From: Alphaproteobacteria bacterium
Lineage (GTDB): Bacteria; Pseudomonadota; Alphaproteobacteria; GCA-2731375
Assembly: GCA_965232515.1 (NCBI GenBank)
Contig: CBDDPY010000002.1
Span: 1,184,001-1,248,000, forward strand
Direction of reading: 5' to 3'
Length of the DNA: 64,000 nt
Under the pieces are notes generated by a model. The model worked only from the letters and a program-made list of their open reading frames with translations. It was not told the origin of the DNA and did not search any database. Shown here piece by piece: positions 61,090 to 64,000 of the stretch (position 1 is its first letter; each line of letters starts with the position of its first letter). Both the position numbers and the translations under genes were made by a program.

Positions 61090-61503
61090 TCATGCCGGAC
61101 CGGCGGTCGGCGCGAAGAAGGTGACGAGGTTGTTGTCAGGATCGAGGATCGCGAACTCGGTGAGGCCGTAGTCCTTGTCGGCGAGATGGCCGTTGGGGTG
61201 AACGATGCCGACGGCTTTCAGTTCATCGTAAAGGGCGTGGATATCGTCCACCAGGACGCGGCAGCTTGCCGTGCCGGCGAGGAATGACTCGGCGCCGCTG
61301 TCGATCGGCGTGCCGGGCGGACGTTGCTTCCAACTCTCGTCCGTCGCCGCCCACAGGTGCAGCTCGATCCGGTCGCGTTCCAGCACCGCATATTCGTCGT
61401 CCGCATGGGCGACGGTGAAGCCAACCTTGTCGGCATAGAAGGCGGCAAGCCGGCGGCAGTCGCTGACCGGCAGCACGGGTATGGCAGACCTGAACGTTGT
61501 CAT
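61090..61503 (-). CDS. VOC/bleomycin resistance family protein
   Basis: AIPVLPV, ELHLW, GAESFLAGTASCR, YGLTEFAILDPDNNLVTF. Confidence 0.85.
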   Translation of the reverse strand: MTTFRSAIPVLPVSDCRRLAAFYADKVGFTVAHADDEYAVLERDRIELHLWAATDESWKQRPPGTPIDSGAESFLAGTASCRVLVDDIHALYDELKAVGIVHPNGHLADKDYGLTEFAILDPDNNLVTFFAPTAGPA

Positions 61504-61507
61504 GCCC

Positions 61508-62716
61508 TTACAGCAACTTCCTTAGCGAGATCTCGGGATCGGCAAGTTGCTCAGGCTCGACGGCGATGCCGCGGGCCATCAGGCGCTTGGCGACCTTGAT
61601 GTCATTGGCGCTGTCGACGGCGACCGCGGCGGCGAGCCGGCCGCCGTCGAGCCAGAACAGGCTGAAGGGTTCGTCGTCGGACTCCCTGCGCCGGACCGGC
61701 GCCCGGTCGGCCGGCGGCAGGCCGAGGATCTGGATGTTGCGGCCGTACTGGTCGGACCAGAACCAGGGGACTTCGTCATAGGCCGCGTCCCGGCCCAGCA
61801 CCGCCTTGGCGCAGGCGATGGCCTGGTTCTGGGCGTTGGCCCAGGATTCGAGCCGCATGGGCCGGCCGGCGCCGGGCACGTCGAACACGGCGACGTCGCC
61901 GCAGGCGAAGATGTCGGGATCGTCGGTGCGGCCGCAGGGATCGGTCAGCACGCCGTCGTCGCAGGCGAGGCCGGCGGTGCGGGCCAGCTCGTCGCTGGCC
62001 ACGAGCCCGGCGCCGACGACGATCATGTCGGCGGCGATTTCTTCGCCGGATGTCAGCCGCGCCGTCATGCCGTCCGCCGACCGCGCAATCTGGGCGACGG
62101 ACTCGCCGAGCCTGACGTCGACGCCCTGGCCACGATGGAGTCGCAGCAGCCACTCAGAAAGCGCGGTCGGCGCGGCGCGGTGGCAGAGACGGTCGGCGAC
62201 TTCGATCAGGGTGACGCCGACATTCCTGGCGCGCGCGGCCGCGGCGATCTCGAGCCCAATCCAGCCGCCGCCGAGAATGAGCGCCGTTTCCGCCGTGTCG
62301 AACGCCGCGCCGATGGCGGCCGAGTCCTCGAGCGTACGCAGCGTGAAGACGCCGTCGCCGGTCAGGTTGTCCATTGGCAGGGTCCGGGCGCGGCCGCCGG
62401 TGGCAATGACGAGTTTGTCATAGGCGATGAGCGCGCCGTCCGCGAGTTGCACGGACCTGCCGACCCGGTCAATCGCCACGACGCGCGCGCCGGCGCGGAA
62501 ATCGACATCGAGGCCGTCGAACACATCCGTGCCGAAAAGGTGCGTCGACTCCGGCGCGGCCTCGCCGAGCAGCACCGCCTTCGACAGTGGCGGGCGTTCA
62601 TAGGGCGGGTGCTGTTCATCGCCGATCAGGACGAGGACGCCATCATAGCCCTCGCTCCGCAGCGTCCGGGCGGCCCAGCCGCCTGCCTGACCAGCGCCGA
62701 CGATGACGATCGGCAC
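61508..62716 (-). CDS. FAD-dependent ferredoxin reductase (HcaD/putidaredoxin reductase-like)
   Basis: IVIVGAGQAG, PYERPPLSK, GGGWIGLE, RLESWANA, VPWFWSDQY; GTG start 62716. Confidence 0.9.
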   Translation of the reverse strand: MPIVIVGAGQAGGWAARTLRSEGYDGVLVLIGDEQHPPYERPPLSKAVLLGEAAPESTHLFGTDVFDGLDVDFRAGARVVAIDRVGRSVQLADGALIAYDKLVIATGGRARTLPMDNLTGDGVFTLRTLEDSAAIGAAFDTAETALILGGGWIGLEIAAAARARNVGVTLIEVADRLCHRAAPTALSEWLLRLHRGQGVDVRLGESVAQIARSADGMTARLTSGEEIAADMIVVGAGLVASDELARTAGLACDDGVLTDPCGRTDDPDIFACGDVAVFDVPGAGRPMRLESWANAQNQAIACAKAVLGRDAAYDEVPWFWSDQYGRNIQILGLPPADRAPVRRRESDDEPFSLFWLDGGRLAAAVAVDSANDIKVAKRLMARGIAVEPEQLADPEISLRKLL

Positions 62717-63645
62717 TAGGCCTCCTTCGCCTGCCGCCGGGTCTTGCCGTCGATGCCGCCGGCGATGGCCCATTCGGCGAAGTGCTCGGGCGTGCGCTCC
62801 CAGGCCTTCGGCTGCCAGGCCTCGGTGCACCAGTCCTCGTCGGCGTAATATTCGAACAGGCCGCCCGTGGGACTGTGCAGATACCAGAAATAGGCCGCCG
62901 AGATCGGATGCCGGCCGGGTCCGATCTGGGTCTGCCAACCCCGGCGGGAGACGTGCAGACCGCCGCCGAAGACCTCGTGGATGTCGCGCACGGTGAAGGC
63001 GACGTGGTTCAGGCCGCATTTGCGGTCCGGCGTCTGCAGCAGGAACAGTTGGTGATGCCCGCCGGTCGGTGCGCAGCGCAGAAAGTAGCCAGCGTCGGGA
63101 TAGTAGTCCGAGACGACGAAGCCGAGCGTCTCGGTGTAGTAGGCGACGGCGGCGGTGACATCAGGCGCGAACAGCACGAGGTGGCCGATCTTCACGGGCT
63201 CGGCATGGTCGTAGACGACGCCGCGCCGGTCCTGCCGGGCCGTCGGGTTGTCGTAGGTGTTGGCCGGCGTGCCAACGACTTCGACGGATCGCCGACGGCT
63301 GACGCAGAACGACAGGCGCAGGCCGTTCGGATCGGTGATCGACGGCAATCCATCGTCTTCGCCGTAGGTCGGCTCGTTCGACAGCTTGTCACGTAGAGCA
63401 ACGAGATCGGCCTCGGTGGCGACGCCCCAGATCGCGCGGCGCACGGTGGGCCCGTCCTCCATGGCCGGCGGCAGGGTGGCGGACGATGCCGGCTCGGCAA
63501 TGACTTCACCGCCGTCGAGCGTTTCGAAGCGCAGGCGGCTGTCGCCGGCCTCGCGTTCCTGCAATCCCCAATCGGTGAAGAACTGCCGGCAGCGCGGCAT
63601 GTCCTCGACCCCGAAGACAAGCGCATCGATGCCCGTGATCGTCAT
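62716..63645 (-). CDS. Two-domain VOC protein (extradiol dioxygenase-like)
   Basis: IGHLVL, GHHQLFL, LNHVAF, GPGRHPIS..YFWY..GGLFEY. Confidence 0.85.
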   Translation of the reverse strand: MTITGIDALVFGVEDMPRCRQFFTDWGLQEREAGDSRLRFETLDGGEVIAEPASSATLPPAMEDGPTVRRAIWGVATEADLVALRDKLSNEPTYGEDDGLPSITDPNGLRLSFCVSRRRSVEVVGTPANTYDNPTARQDRRGVVYDHAEPVKIGHLVLFAPDVTAAVAYYTETLGFVVSDYYPDAGYFLRCAPTGGHHQLFLLQTPDRKCGLNHVAFTVRDIHEVFGGGLHVSRRGWQTQIGPGRHPISAAYFWYLHSPTGGLFEYYADEDWCTEAWQPKAWERTPEHFAEWAIAGGIDGKTRRQAKEA

Positions 63646-63660
63646 GTCGCAATCCTCACA

Positions 63661-64000
63661 TCACTTCGCCGGTTCCAGCACCTTGGCGCGCACGGGCGGA
63701 CCGGCGAACGGCCGGGCGAAGTCGCCGACCGCGGCCATGTCGACCTCGACCAGGGCCGGCCCGTCGACGGCGGCCGCGTCCGAGAGCGTCCCGGCGGCAT
63801 TGTCGAGCGTCTCAAGTCGCATATAGGGCACGCCGACGGCGGCGCAAACTTCAGCGAATTCGGGTGTCAGCAGATCGGCATAGTATTGCCGGCCGCCGAA
63901 GCGCGCGTCCTGGATGTTCTTGATGACGCCGTAGCCGCGGCTGTTCATGACCAGGAGCACGATGTCGGCGCGTTCCTGCGCCGCCGTCGCCAGCTCGCCC
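63661..64000 (-). CDS. TPP-binding enzyme, C-terminal part (runs off the window)
   Basis: GELATAAQE..LLVMNSRGYGVIKNIQD..GPALVEVDM. Confidence 0.75.
   Translation of the reverse strand, partial: GELATAAQERADIVLLVMNSRGYGVIKNIQDARFGGRQYYADLLTPEFAEVCAAVGVPYMRLETLDNAAGTLSDAAAVDGPALVEVDMAAVGDFARPFAGPPVRAKVLEPAK

Noticed and set aside
61508-63019. 503-aa reductase with N-terminal extension
   Set aside because: The Rossmann motif starts right after GTG 62716; the extension overlaps the VOC gene

Overview
GC-rich alphaproteobacterial (Rhodospirillales-like) chromosomal window with about 57 CDS, mostly accessory transport and catabolism: TRAP, TAXI-TRAP and ABC systems, acyl-CoA ligases, TauD, arylsulfatase, amidase and TPP enzymes. 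No rRNA, tRNA or CRISPR array was seen. The stand-out locus is 19.4-25.1 kb. It has three tandem paralogous secreted proteins with conserved ends, a variable core and a PEP-CTERM-like VPAPGG-TM-RRRR tail. Two of them carry a duplicated sigma54 promoter (two TGTCGG-N5-TTTACA boxes, an IHF site and GG-N10-GC), and all three share a 5'-UTR hairpin. They are followed by an alkaline-phosphatase-superfamily/TPR/sulfotransferase fusion and preceded by a CobW-ligase-GNAT-ACP operon. Other notable features are an IS5-family element inserted inside a palindromic REP-like element, a MoxR/VWA operon upstream of a Rieske + PQQ dehydrogenase (DxD motif, no vicinal Cys), a CHASE2 kinase next to a FecR protein with a Gly-Asn repeat tail, a possible cpgA/C/D-like lipid head-group trio, and a CtrA-consensus box upstream of a secreted zincin/FG-GAP protein. 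All functional calls come from motif recognition by eye; no database searches were run.
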